Origin: an uncultured Elusimicrobia bacterium
GTDB lineage: Bacteria; Elusimicrobiota; Elusimicrobia; UBA1565; UBA9628
NCBI GenBank assembly: GCA_964510095.1
Contig: CAZEAE010000001.1
Location: 232,551 to 296,550, forward strand
Direction of reading: 5' to 3'
DNA: 64,000 bases
A program made the position numbers and the translations under genes. The notes beneath the pieces were generated by a model. It made no database searches and had not been told where the DNA came from. It saw only the letters and a program-made list of their open reading frames with translations. Shown here piece after piece: positions 20,201 to 26,146 of this stretch; the stretch's first letter is position 1; the number at the start of each line of letters is the position of its first letter.

Positions 20201-23200
20201 TCCCGACTGAGAAAGCGGATGGAAATCCTCGACGCCGGCGCCGGGATCCTTCCAGCGCGGCAGCACCGCCGCGGAATTGGCGTCCTGGGAGCTGGCGGCG
20301 CGCCAGGCAGCAAGCAGGTCATAGCTCAAGAGCCCCCACAGGGCCGAGTTCGCGCTGTTGGAGCTGTAGAAGTCGTTGTAATCAGCGGAGAAGCCCGTCT
20401 GGCTGTCGCCGGAGACGGCGATCGTCGCCGAGGCGCCGGTCACCGAGAAGCTGCTGGAAAGGACGTTGTTCTTGACGGCCACGCCCGTCGAGCCGCTGTG
20501 CAGGCGCAGCACATAGGCGTTGGTCAGGGGAACCGAGGCCGCGCCATAGAGGTCGTTGAACTTCAACGTCGAGTTTACCGCCCCCGCCAGAGAGACCGCC
20601 TCGAAGCCGCCCGCGCTCAACACGTCGGGCTGGGAGATCCGGTTGTGGTCGACGACCAATCCGGCGACGCTCCTGGCGTGGAGGCCGTAGGCGGTGAAGG
20701 CGCCCATCGAACCCGCGGCGCGGTAATAGATCCCGTTGTTCTGGATCGTCGCCCCGGTGGCCAGGCCGTCGAGGTAGATGCCGTAGGTGTCGTAAGCCGC
20801 CGACAGCGTCGGCAGGACCGTGTTCGACGCGATCCAGAGCTGCGTCCCCGCTTGCTGGGTGGCGGCGTAAACGGCGTAGCGGCCGCCTTGGAATACGTTG
20901 GTGGAGAGGACGATCCGGCCCTTGTTGCCGTCCGCGAGGAACAAGGCCCGTCCCTGGGCGCCGCCTGAGACCGTGGACGAGGAGAGGCTGAGGTTGACGC
21001 TGGTGCTGGAGAGCACCAAGCCGTCTCCCGCGGCGATAGTGACGGCCAAGACGCTGCCCCCGATGACCGTGCCGGTCGAGCCCGAGACGTAGACCGCCGT
21101 CGAGCCCTGGATGTAGGAGCCGAGGATGGTGTCGGAGGAAGAGTTTTGGACATAGAGTCCGTAGCCCGTCCCATTGGAGGCCATGGTGCTCATCGAGATC
21201 ACCGTGTTGGTGTTCAAGGCTAGGTAGGCGCCATGGCCATTGGCGCTGTAGGCGTATATCTGGCTGAACGAGTTGCCGGAGCAGCCTTGGACATCCAGCG
21301 CGGCGGACGACGCGTAGATGCGCGCGTTGGTGACGGTGTTGCTGGGCGAGGCGTTGAAGGAAAGGCCCACCTCCTGAGCGACCTGGATGTAGACGTCGGA
21401 GACCGTCGTATGGTGGTTGCCGCCCCAGGCCCAAAGGCCGTAGGCGCCCGCGATGAAGGTGCTGGCGCTGACGGAGGTATAGTTGGCGCCCTCATCGAGC
21501 CCCAGCGCCCAGCCGGCGCCCATGTTGCGGAGGAAAGAGCCGGTGATCGCCGTGCCGCTGCTCCACTGGGCTCCGATCACGTCTACGGCGGAGCTGTTGG
21601 TGACGCCGGTGCTGTAGGCGATCGTGTTGTAATCGGAGCCGACGTCCAGATATATCCCCAGCGCGCCGGACAGGTTCTGCACGTAGGAGCCCGTGACCGT
21701 ATTGCTGTCGGAGTGGCTCAAGTAGAGCACGGAGTTGGTTGTGGCCGCGCTCGCCGCATTCGAGACCATGGTGCTGAGGCTGATCGCGTTGTAGTCGGAG
21801 CCGGCGACCAGGCGGACGGCGGGGCCCGCCTGGCTCAGGAAGTAGGCGTTGGCCACCGTGTTGTTGTCGGCCGTGGAAAGAAAGAGCGCGCTGAAGCCGG
21901 AGCCGGCGGCGGAGGCCGTGCTGTAGAGGATCGTGCTGCCCAAAGAGGCGTTCAAGCGCAGGCCGTCGGCGCTTTGGACGGTGATGCTGCTGTCGGCGAC
22001 CGACGACCAGCTGCTCACCGCCACTCCCGCCGTCCAGATCTTGCCGCCGGAATCGACGCTGACCCTGGCCAGCGTCACATAGGCCGAGGAAGCGTAGACC
22101 CCGTAAGCCACCGTGTTGGTGGTGATGATGGCCATGTTCGTGATCGTCACCGAGGCGTTGGCCAGATAGAAGGCGGCGGTGGACCCCGCCGGCGGGTTTA
22201 TGACCGCCGGACCGGCCTGGGAGGGGTCGGCCGTGACGAAGCTCAGGCGATGATCGTTCATCGCCAGGCCCGACACGCTCACCTGCTCGCTGTAGGTCTG
22301 GGTGTCGCGGATGACCACGCAGGAGTCGACGGCCAGGGAGCCGCCGAAGGAGGCCAAAGCGGAGGCGATCGTCGTGAAGGCGTAACCGGTCTTGGCCACC
22401 TCGGCGGCGACGGCACAGCCGAGGGGCAGGCCCAAGGGCGTGACCACGGAGCTGATCGACACGAAGTTCGGCGCCCCCCTCCAGTTGAGGCCGCCCACGC
22501 GCAGGTAGTAGGTCGTCAGCCCGCTCAAGCCCGACACCGTCAGCGTGCTCAAGGCGGCGTTCGGCGTGGAGGATGAGAAGATCAGCCCCGTGTAGGTCGG
22601 AGAGGTGGAGGCTTGGAGCAGGTAGCCTTCCGCCGTCTTGGAAGAGGCGTCCGGCGGGCTCGATGGCAGCGCAAACCAGTTGGCGGTCACGCTCGCCCCG
22701 TTGACCGCGTAGACGGCGGCCGCCAGCACGGGCTTGCTCAGCGTGCCGCTGTCGCCCAGGACCGTGAAAGGCCCCCCCGCCGAGGTCGACACCTGCAGGT
22801 AGTAGCTGGTGTTGGGGAGCAGCGACACGGCCCCGCCGAAGGTGGCGAAGAGGTTGAGCGTCGTCGAGCTCTGGTTGCCGGCGAAGACGTTGGGCCAAGG
22901 CGCGCTGGAGAGGTTCGCGGTGTAGCTCAGCCCCGGCGGGAAGCTCGAGTCCCAATGGACCGTCACGCTGGTGGCCCCGATCGCCGTCCAGCTGGAGGCG
23001 CTGATCACGCCGAAGACCGGGAAGGTCCAATTCAAGTTGTTGCCGCGGTCCAAGCTCGAGGCCGCGGAGATGGCGCCGCCGCCGCTGGAGTCGATGTCCT
23101 TCACCGCCGTGAAGCTGACGTCGGAGAAGACCGCCGTCATCTTGCCGCGCGTCCCGTCGGAGCTGCTCCTGATCGTCTGCCTCGTGCCCGCCGCCTGGCC

Positions 23201-26044
23201 GTTCAACACCAGGCTGGTGACCTGCATCGCCGAGCCCAAGGAGTCGAAGACCAGCGTCGTCGAGGGCTGCGTGGCGATGAAGATGCCGACCGGGACCTCC
23301 GGCAGCGTGAAGGTCGAAGACGTCTGCACGTAGAGGTTGGCGAGCGCGGTCGCGTCGCCCTCGCCGGTGGTGTAGAAGCGCTGAGGCGAGGTGCCCGCGA
23401 TCACGGTCGTGCTGAGAGAGGAGTCCAGGTAGCCGTTGGCCAGGACGATGTTCTGGTGGAAATACTGGTAATGACTTCCCGCCGTGTGGCTCCCGGACAA
23501 GACGGTGAAGTTGCCGCGCACCTCCAGGTCGGACAGCAGGGTCTCCATGACGCCCGCGGCCGCGAGCTTGTTGATGACCAAGTGGTTGAACCGGGCCGGC
23601 CCGGCGGTCAGGCGTTTGATCTTCGACACCCCCCCGCCGGTGAAGACGACCGTGCTGCCCGCCACCGTGCTCGTCGTCCTCATGTCGCCCACGAGCCAGT
23701 CGCCCGTGACCGCCAGCGCGCGCCCGTTGAGGTCGAGCATGGCGGAGGAGCCGGCGTCGAAGGTCGCGCCGCTGGAGATCGACAGGTCGACCGTGAGCGT
23801 GACGGTGCTGGCGTAGCCGCCCGTGATGCTCATGCTTGCCAGCGTCACCGCCAGGTCCCAGGCGCAGGGCGACGTCGGCGTGGTGTTGCCGAAGACGACG
23901 GAATCGCCCGCGGCGGGCGCCCCCGACGGGACCCAGTTCGCGGAAGCCGATGCCGCCGAGGAGCCCCCGCCGTAGCTCCAGGTCTTCAGCGCGCCGCCGC
24001 CCCCGCCGATGAACGTCCAGTTCGTGTTGCCGCCGCCGTCGACGCTGTTGCTCGCGGTGACGGCGACGCCCAAGCTGGAGTCGATATCGCGCGCGTAGAC
24101 GAAGGCGAGCGTGGGCGCCGAGCCCAAGGTGAGCTGGGCCGCCACGCCGTCGGAGCCGCCCCGCAGCTGGACGCGCGACGAGGCGGCCAGGCCGCTGACG
24201 GTCATGCTGGCGATTTCCGTCACGCTTCCGCTCTCGAAGAGCACCGTCGCGTTGGGCTGCGTGGCGACGAAGACCTGGATATCCGACTGCACCAGGCTGA
24301 TCACGGCCGGGGTCTGGATGAACAAGGCCCCGATGTTGGTGACGCTGCCCACCGCGGCCCCCACGGCGGGGCCCAAGGACTGAGGCTGGCTGCCGGTGAA
24401 GACCAGCGTGCTCACCGAGACGTCGACGGCGCCGTCGCCGACGAAGAACCCGCCGTGCAAGCGCTGGGTATGGGCGCCGACCAGGTAAGCGCCGGTCGAA
24501 GCGGTGAAGGTGCCGAAGGTCTCGATGTCCGACAGCAGCATCAGCGTCGCGCCGCTGGCCTTGGCGGCGACCAGACTGTTGAAAAGAGCCGGCCCGCCCG
24601 TGGTGCGCAGGATATGAGAGGTGCCGGCGCCGTAGAAGGTCACGCTGCTGCCGGCCACCGTGCTGGTCGTCTTGACGCCGCCTGCGGCCCAGTCTCCCTG
24701 GACCGACAGGTTGCGCCCGTTGAGGTCGAGCTTGGCCGAGGAGCCCGCGTCGAGCAAGACGCCGCTGCTGACGGTCAGGTCGACCGTCAGCGTGACCGTG
24801 CTGGCGTAAGCGTTGGTGACGCTCATCGACGTCACGACGACGGAAAGATCCCATGTGCAGGGCGCCGTCGGCGTCGTGCTGCCGAAGACGACGTAGTCTC
24901 CCGCGCCGGGAGGCCCGCCGGCAGCCCAATTGCCGGCGTTGGAAGCCAACGCGGAGCCGCCTCCCCAGCTCCAGAACCGCGTCGCGCGAGGGTCGCCGCC
25001 GGAGAAGGTCCAGCCCGTGTTGCCGCCGCCGTCGACGCTGCTGGTGGCGGTGATGGCCGTCCCCTGAGAGACGTCGATGTCGCGGACGAACGCGAAGCGC
25101 ACCGTGGGAGCCGTGGTGATGACCTGCGCCGCCTGGCCGGCGACCAGGCTCTGGATCTGGATGCGCGAGGTCGCGGCCAGACCGCTGATCGTCATGCTGG
25201 TGATGCTGATAGGGTCGATCGGCGTCTGCAGGATCAAGGTCGAGCTGGGCTGGGTGGCCACAAGGACGGCCACCTGCACGCCCGGCAGCGTGATCGCGGC
25301 CGGGGCCTGGATGAAGATCGCGCCGATGAAGGTCGCGCCGCCCTCGCCATTGCTGGCCAGCGCCTGCGGCCGGTCGCCCACGAAGACCAGCGTGCTGACC
25401 GACACGTCCAGGAAGCCTTCGGTCAGCAGGAGGCCGCCGTGGAGATGCTGGCTATGCTTGCCGGCCACATGGTTTCCGGTCAAGATGGTGAAGAGGCCGA
25501 AGACCTCTATGTCCGACAGCAGCTGCTCGGTCTGACCGGCCGTCTTGTCGATGACGAGATAGTTGAACCGGGCGACCCCGCCGCCGGTCCGCGTTATGTT
25601 CGAGGTCCCCGTCCCGTAGAACGTCACCGTGCTGCCGGCCACCGTGCTCGTCGTCTTCATGCTGCCTACGGTCCAATCGCCCTGGACGGAGAGGTTGTGA
25701 CCGTTGAGGTCGAGCATGGCCGAGGAACCGCCGCCGAGCCAGACGCCGCTGCTGACGGTCAGGTCGACGGTGAGGGTCACGGTGCTGGCATAGGACCCCG
25801 ACACGCTCATGGAAGCGATGGTCAGCGCCAGGTCCCAGGTGCAGGGTGAAGTCGGGGTGGTGTTGCCGAAGAGGACGCCGTCACCATCCGTGGGAGCGAC
25901 GCCGCCGATCCAGTTGGCGGGGTTGGAAGCCAGGGCCGTGCCGCCGGCGTAGCTCCAGGTCAGGTCGGCCGCCTGCGCGGCCGGGCTCACCATGAGGGCG
26001 AGGAGGAATGCTCGTGCCAACGACTTATAAGAGGAAGTGCTCAT
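8252..26044 (-). CDS. Giant (5,930-aa) secreted modular adhesin-like protein. It contains N-terminal repeats, parallel beta-helix (PbH1/pectate-lyase-like) modules, a long fibronectin-III-like domain array, an Ig-like region and a T9SS-type C-terminal sorting domain (Por_Secre_tail / FlgD-Ig-like)
   Basis: A single uninterrupted 17.8-kb ORF with an N-terminal signal peptide (AAQA-AD). Repeated NTV...GS..NT beta-helix rungs are present. There are about 27 units of ~93 aa with a conserved W, Y..Q.STD.F and TTYY.RV (FN3-like). The C-terminal ~95 aa (VRVYPVPFKP...GGYFAVI...KSIIKRLSIIR) fit the T9SS CTD consensus. Confidence 0.85.
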   Translation of the reverse strand: MSTSSYKSLARAFLLALMVSPAAQAADLTWSYAGGTALASNPANWIGGVAPTDGDGVLFGNTTPTSPCTWDLALTIASMSVSGSYASTVTLTVDLTVSSGVWLGGGSSAMLDLNGHNLSVQGDWTVGSMKTTSTVAGSTVTFYGTGTSNITRTGGGVARFNYLVIDKTAGQTEQLLSDIEVFGLFTILTGNHVAGKHSQHLHGGLLLTEGFLDVSVSTLVFVGDRPQALASNGEGGATFIGAIFIQAPAAITLPGVQVAVLVATQPSSTLILQTPIDPISITSMTISGLAATSRIQIQSLVAGQAAQVITTAPTVRFAFVRDIDVSQGTAITATSSVDGGGNTGWTFSGGDPRATRFWSWGGGSALASNAGNWAAGGPPGAGDYVVFGSTTPTAPCTWDLSVVVTSMSVTNAYASTVTLTVDLTVSSGVLLDAGSSAKLDLNGRNLSVQGDWAAGGVKTTSTVAGSSVTFYGAGTSHILRTTGGPALFNSLVAAKASGATLMLLSDIETFGTFTASTGAYLVGAHTQRLHGGFFVGDGAVDVSVSTLVFTGSQPQSLGPAVGAAVGSVTNIGALFIQTPAVISLVQSDIQVFVATQPNATVLFESGSVTEIASMTVSGLAASSRVQLRGGSDGVAAQLTLGSAPTLAFVYARDIDSSLGVAVTASNSVDGGGNTNWTFIGGGGGALKTWSYGGGSSAASASANWVPSGAPAAGDSVVFGNTTPTSPCAWDLAVTLASMSITGGYASTVTLTVDLSISSGATFDAGSSAMLDLNGRALAVTGDWLVGDMRTTSTVAGSTVVFTGGGVSKIKRLTAGPARFNHLVINKLAAAGVMETLLSDLEVRGNFTVLSGSHTAGSHYQYFHQNIVLANGYLDSSLSTTVIAGTSPQRFYTTGEGDATALANLYVQTSSTFTLPEVPVGIFIATQPSTTLVFDSLGSAMQVTSLVLNGQAAGTRQTIRSSSDGTRGKMTAVFSDVSFTAVKDIDSSGGGAISAASSLDRGNNLNWTFPVFGVISASSWTAIGATSVTVHWDSSFPPGLSYTANLSSAPWPNVFAGNQSSTTLNLFATFGGAVSLLPNTSYYLQVSTSAGGPFTVLGDSGTLSKPVLAAAVYAVNGASVTANWFALPSSPPDASSKTAEGYLLQASTSPTYTGLIFSSSTPNAALSTLTVSGLSGLTTYYLRVGGLNWRGAPNFVSISSVVTPLGLPLGCAVAAEVAKTGYAFTTIASALASFGGSLAVDSCVVIRDTQTYSEQVSVSGLAMNDHRLSFVTADPSQAGPAVINPPAGSTAAFYLANASVTITNMAIITTNTVAYGVYASSAYVTLARVSVDSGGKIWTAGVAVSSWSSVADSSITVQSADGLRLNASLGSTILYSTASAAGSGFSALFLSTADNNTVANAYFLSQAGPAVRLVAGSDYNAISLSTMVSNAASAATTNSVLYLSHSDSNTVTGSYVQNLSGALGIYLDVGSDYNTIAYSTGVTNSSAVDVIGAQWSSGTAITGSFLRNMGAGWALGLDEGANYTSVSASTFIAGAYGLWAWGGNHHTTVSDVYIQVAQEVGLSFNASPSNTVTNARIYASSAALDVQGCSGNSFSQIYAYSANGHGAYLALNTNTVISMSTMASNGTGYGLYVQNSSSDTILGSYIQGSTAVYVSGSTGTVIGGSVLAVTIAAGDGLVLSSTSVNLSLSSSTVSGGAQGRALFLADGNKGRIVLSTNVFQGGRYAVYAATQQAGTQLWIASNTVLPTLSAAYDTYGIYLDGLATGATIQNNGIYYRAAGSMGAFTAYGLHARSVAGLVVDHNRISQPDVLSAGGFEAVSLAGAVNSTLKFNDLYGAASVPLTNAYVLRLHSGSTGVAVKNNVLSSSFSVTGASATIAVSGDSQTGFSADYNDFYSSNSANSALWGLLSYDLLAAWRAASSQDANSAAVLPRWKDPGAGVEDFHPLSQSGRWNPATGSFAADAQTSQTIDRGDPLLGAGLEANPNGGRANQGSYGLTAEASQSYLDLPAGCGAGYNVKQDGSKDYTTIQAAVTALSFLGTDSCVVVRDTQTYNEQVTVQNLANNGFRLTIMADPGFISSAPVINPPTASTAAFLVINDSVTLQHLTVITTNTVAYGVWSSSAYVTLSSVNVDSGGKIWTAGVAVSSWSSVSYGSITVQSADGLRLNYAIRTTVQYSTVAVSGDDFHALYLTASDSNTVTGSYFQHSAAGYGAFLTNGSDYNVISQSSLACNHASALALLVIASDNNTVTGSVISNLQGQGVGMNTGADYNTFSQSVLSANSATAAAFFLSDCDHNTVVDSTIRNTAGDGAILVTGSDYNAIIRSTMTSAAVAADLYPLYIGESSSNTIVDSYIQGSTAAVIHGSTATVIGGSVLIATHTAGSALWMSAGSLDLSLSTSTLVGGAQGAGLFVDEGNSGRLLISTNSFPAAARYAVYAATQQPGTQLWISSNTVLPSLSASRDTFGIYLNGLVSGATIQNNGIFYRSAGSMGAFTSYGLYAQSAAGLLIDRNRFGAPGMITAGSHEAVKFSGTTNSSFKSNDVHVAGAGLTNAYGLSVLSGSTGVKVKDNVFLSSTAVIGSSATISVSADSQPGFVSDYNSYYSSNAYSTGFWGAAAYALTSAWTAGSGQDANSLDGQHPYWADPSAGVEDYHPRSPRGRYDPGTGGFVVDGVLARSIDAGDPAEAVGLEPSPNGSRLNAGSYGGTAEASKAAPAPTGQIAGAVDLSSITLTFGAVASDGYNAQAATDPGFASVISSATANAASTQLSPQGLALNTTYYVRVGALYGSAVVYPLGAAVSTPTLAAVPAEGSEAVVFTSSIIVSWAANGNPAGTLYSAQLSTDAFVTINESSRTMGSAAAFLNLLPNTTYQARVQAINHAGLATDFGASLATATWAGDLQGVSLYGVFATSVTVNWVPLALSPPDASSKTSSGYVLVASTAADFSGTQFSSATSNVALSTLSLTGLSNATYYLRLGALNWNGSANYSFVAATHTASSLPPGCLTGFNVKQDGSMDHVTLQGALNAMPPGLTGDACLVIRDALTYSEQVTIQGFSNNGYRLRIMADPTFVSSAPVFNPPAGSTAAFLVFNDSVTLQQISIITTNTVAYGVWSSSAYVALSSVSVDGRAGIWSAGVRVSSGSSIERSSITVLAGHGLVITGPWSVVSYATSAVVGAGDAALVLDGASSSTITNGRFYGNFGGAQLKNGAHDNVISLSTMTGNGGLSISVGSYSNIITQSYAAGFVSGGAFIGGNYNTLSQSVITGNSSIDVNGAFNTLTGLSIPSPGGYGLVLSGGADYNTVTLSTISVLRLTGGSYNTVSRSLLSAPVITGGSIGNLVTLSTITAGLQFLEGSSNTVSSCYIEGSTAVIVAGATGTVVSSNFLAATSALGSGLWLRSGSVNLSMSSNTVSGGAQGAGIALEAGAGRLILSTNTIRTGAQYGIRVAAQGAGAQVWITSNTVLPTLSTSLDTYGIHLNGLITGATIQDNGVYYRTALAIPGVTAYGLYALGSSGLVIDHNRFNEPGKITSGSHEAVSLWATTNSSLLFNDLHATGANFNNAVLLSVRSASTGVQVKGNVFLSSFSVSGASATIEVSADSQSGFVSDYNDFFSSAVLNSGTWGASSYDFLAAWRSGTGRDLNSLAAQPLWNDASGGVEDFHPRSQRGRWDPAAAGFVVDGVTALTIDAADPAAAAGLEASPNGARANLGSYGQTLEASKSAPTAAPVLLGVSGSSVTLSWALAASDGYSAEVSSVADFSSGIVSSVTTNGSSTQLSPQSLLPNTTYTLRVGTLYGAVYNYAASGATATWAHPPVAAVFSVGLSSHGLSWGRNGNPEGTLYAVEQSTDAFLTLNASSWTLNAGATFFGLVSNKDYSLRVRALGHGGTATAFLTPSSSFTLTADPASTSTAVNLSSAVLTWSSPSNDVGTPYDAQVSTDDFATVNLTSATLSQSATFTALTPNTTYYLRVRSSGHYGPGGFAAASPSVTLPDLPVSPAVSGVWVTSAALSWAAGGNPAGTEYLAQDSTDAFVTVNSSSRTLLTSATFFGLLSNATHYLRVAAWSHAGAQTAFAVAAATATSAAEPASAPPSAITANSLQADWSPNGNAPLTTLYEAQISTDAFSTLRESSATLNVSAGFGGLLSNTTYYVRVRASGHDGRLSAFTVLPATMTLLLPPVPAGSSFFLVEQSSVAVQWNSGGNGPTTVYVAQVSTDGFATLNFSSSTLNLTVLYGAGGAGPALSPNTTYQFQVRATGGGNSSADIPLGSTSTLAAVPAASAALPSVSSMSLTWTSAGNGAGTVYQAELSTDVFVTLNASSQTLSLSATFQALVPNTTYYLRARAVNNNGVPSSYAAAMTTVTLPAPPSPSLAAINLSSMTVDWLANADPAGTVYLAQLSTDAFTTLNTSSQTLNLSATFQALVPNTTYYLRVQAIGWAGALSPFASAAAAPTLAATPAGASLTAVELSSAALSWSANGNPAGTRFAVQLSTDDFSTLSASSSTLLTSATFFGLLSNATYYLRVQALSHAFAATGFAVGPATATPPALPVSAQPSAVAAAAFQANWSANGNAPLTTRYEAELSTDTFATLNESSATFNAAAGFAGLLSNTTYYVRVRAFGHGGQVTGFATLPSTTTLLLPPGLTAGSFLAVETASAAVQWTSGGNGPGAFYAAELSTDAFATVNFSSLTLSLSTLFGSGGAGSALSPNTTYFFQVRTVGPSNVSANVALGSTSTLAAPPAAPAAGPSVSSMSLTWGSGGDPAGTRYQAQLSTDAFTTLNITSQTLNVSATFQALVPNTTYYLRVRALNSNELPTVFIAAAPAFTLPASPAAPALSAIALSSMTLDWSADGNPAGTVYLAQLSTDGFTTLNLSSQTLSLSATFQALAPNTTYYLHVQALGWGGSSPFAQAAAAPTLAVTPAAPFLSAVELSSAALSWGAGGNPAATPYLAQISTDAFTTVNASSNTLLTSATFFALQSNATYYLRVQAFNAASMPTAFVAVVATATLPAEPAALAPTFVGPAAVTANWTANGNASGTLYEARVSTDEFSTLNASSGTYGVSAAFAGLSANTTYYFQVRALGHGGRLTSLTTLPSTTTLLAEPGAGAPSLVAVDFASVTVSWTDGGNPPGTGYEADLSSDAFASVNFSSSTLNLSVVFGAGGAGADLLANTTYYFRVRARSGANASTVKDLGSAASPAFSPSATEVLSVTSSTVSLDWLPQGNPDPGTVYELWRDVSAAFASPVKTLVSVTDAEAAGLSPSTTYYFKARTLGHNGGVTTFDATVSTRTEPAAPGQPGVPVGAALGVSSISWTWGAAADAVGYYVFPASNTASIIGNPAAAAFSHLGLATNTAYGLVVAGINVSGQGPLSAAATAYTLAAPPTGSVISLVQGTSATISWSLNTNPADTLAEVQHSTDNAAFSLVSLSSVVAYADTGLLGCTTYYLRVRNRNGDAVATAFDGTVSFVTLASTPSAPSGLAANALTGNRISLSWTASPTEGITAYKLYYDAGTGAVDFVTPAAVFTSTETSYTTGVLVSSPTYLFALRAAHRCGVEETSGVYASASSTASVSAVRAQIKSPVSGKRIAGDRVTVSAQLLSGTDAQTKSVLFQYKASSDTAWLPVVPAGPTQTNGDLSAPWFLHWDVTGLTATSYDLRAVAADISDSSDTTPGVVTVVVDPAGWDVRERLVGSLITREEVLNNGAPQAITGAGVGSLVTKIDLPAGSLSGSSTTVSVVNSPVLPAAAPEGTQDVGISMSITLGNGQTLLSGGNSATLTFTYLDANDDGILDGTSLRAQDLKLYSFDTVTNQWTADLTTTIDLVNHTVYGATRHFSFFAAFPLAGAANLDTVRVYPVPFKPNGVNPDEGRPFSPGNVNSGIVFDNLPAAVTIKVFTVSGKLAAQFSSANSGGRLQWNARNEDGRELATGGYFAVIASPGQKSIIKRLSIIR
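8255..8560 (-). other. C-terminal sorting domain of the giant protein (T9SS CTD-like / FlgD Ig-like fold)
   Basis: The sequence is YP.PF.P......F.......V.I.V.T.SG......L.......G.Y...W....E.G...A.G.YF. It ends in a basic stretch, as Por_Secre_tail domains do. Confidence 0.6.
10100..14300. repeat. Higher-order tandem repeat of about 1.38 kb, about 3 copies, each encoding five FN3-like units, inside the giant gene. Boundaries are approximate
   Basis: Near-identical DNA blocks recur at about 10.14, 11.52, 12.88 and 14.26 kb. At the protein level a five-domain block (e.g. GTVYLAQLSTDAFTTLN...TTYYLRVQAIGW) is reiterated. Confidence 0.7.
14800..23000. repeat. Tandem repeat of about 2.9 kb, 3 copies, each encoding a ~960-aa module (FN3-like pair plus PbH1 parallel beta-helix). 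Boundaries are approximate
   Basis: Highly similar DNA occurs at about 16.73, 19.69 and 22.09 kb (gacgccgtaggccacggtgttggtcgtgatga...). The protein modules begin GC..G(F/Y)NVKQDGS and contain VVIRDTQTY..QV and VDSGGKIWTAGVAVSSWSSV. Confidence 0.7.
23000..26000. repeat. Tandem repeat of about 1.0 kb, 3 copies (~330-aa N-terminal modules of the giant protein). Boundaries are approximate
   Basis: Similar DNA at about 23.80, 24.79 and 25.78 kb (gtgctggcgta...ctcatcg...caggtcccaggtgcaggg...). The protein repeats begin TWSYGGGS.ASNA.NW..GG.P.AGD.V.FGNTTPTSPC.WDL. Confidence 0.65.
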
Positions 26045-26071
26045 TGCCAGGAAAACACCGCGGCACTCAGA

Positions 26072-26100
26072 AGTGTAGGCGGGGAATGAAGAACGGTCAA
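26072..26100 (-). promoter_or_regulatory. Candidate sigma70-type promoter for the giant gene (TTGACC-N17-TACACT)
   Basis: On the minus strand, TTGACC occupies 26100..26095 and TACACT 26077..26072, with a 17-nt spacer. The -10 box lies 27 nt upstream of the ATG at 26044. Confidence 0.35.
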
Positions 26101-26146
26101 TACCGTTCCGGTTACAGGTTATTTCTGGGCCTTGACAGGCCCGGGC

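Noticed and set aside
8243-26044. Dozens of long (100-1145 aa) plus-strand and frameshifted minus-strand ORFs inside the giant gene (e.g. 13334..15541, 21492..24929, 22613..25849, 16286..17299)
   Set aside because: They are Arg/Gly/Asp-rich and low-complexity, lie antisense or out of frame to a single uninterrupted 5,930-aa ORF that has coherent domain structure, and repeat with the same period as the sense gene. This is typical of stop-codon-poor frames in ~68% GC DNA.
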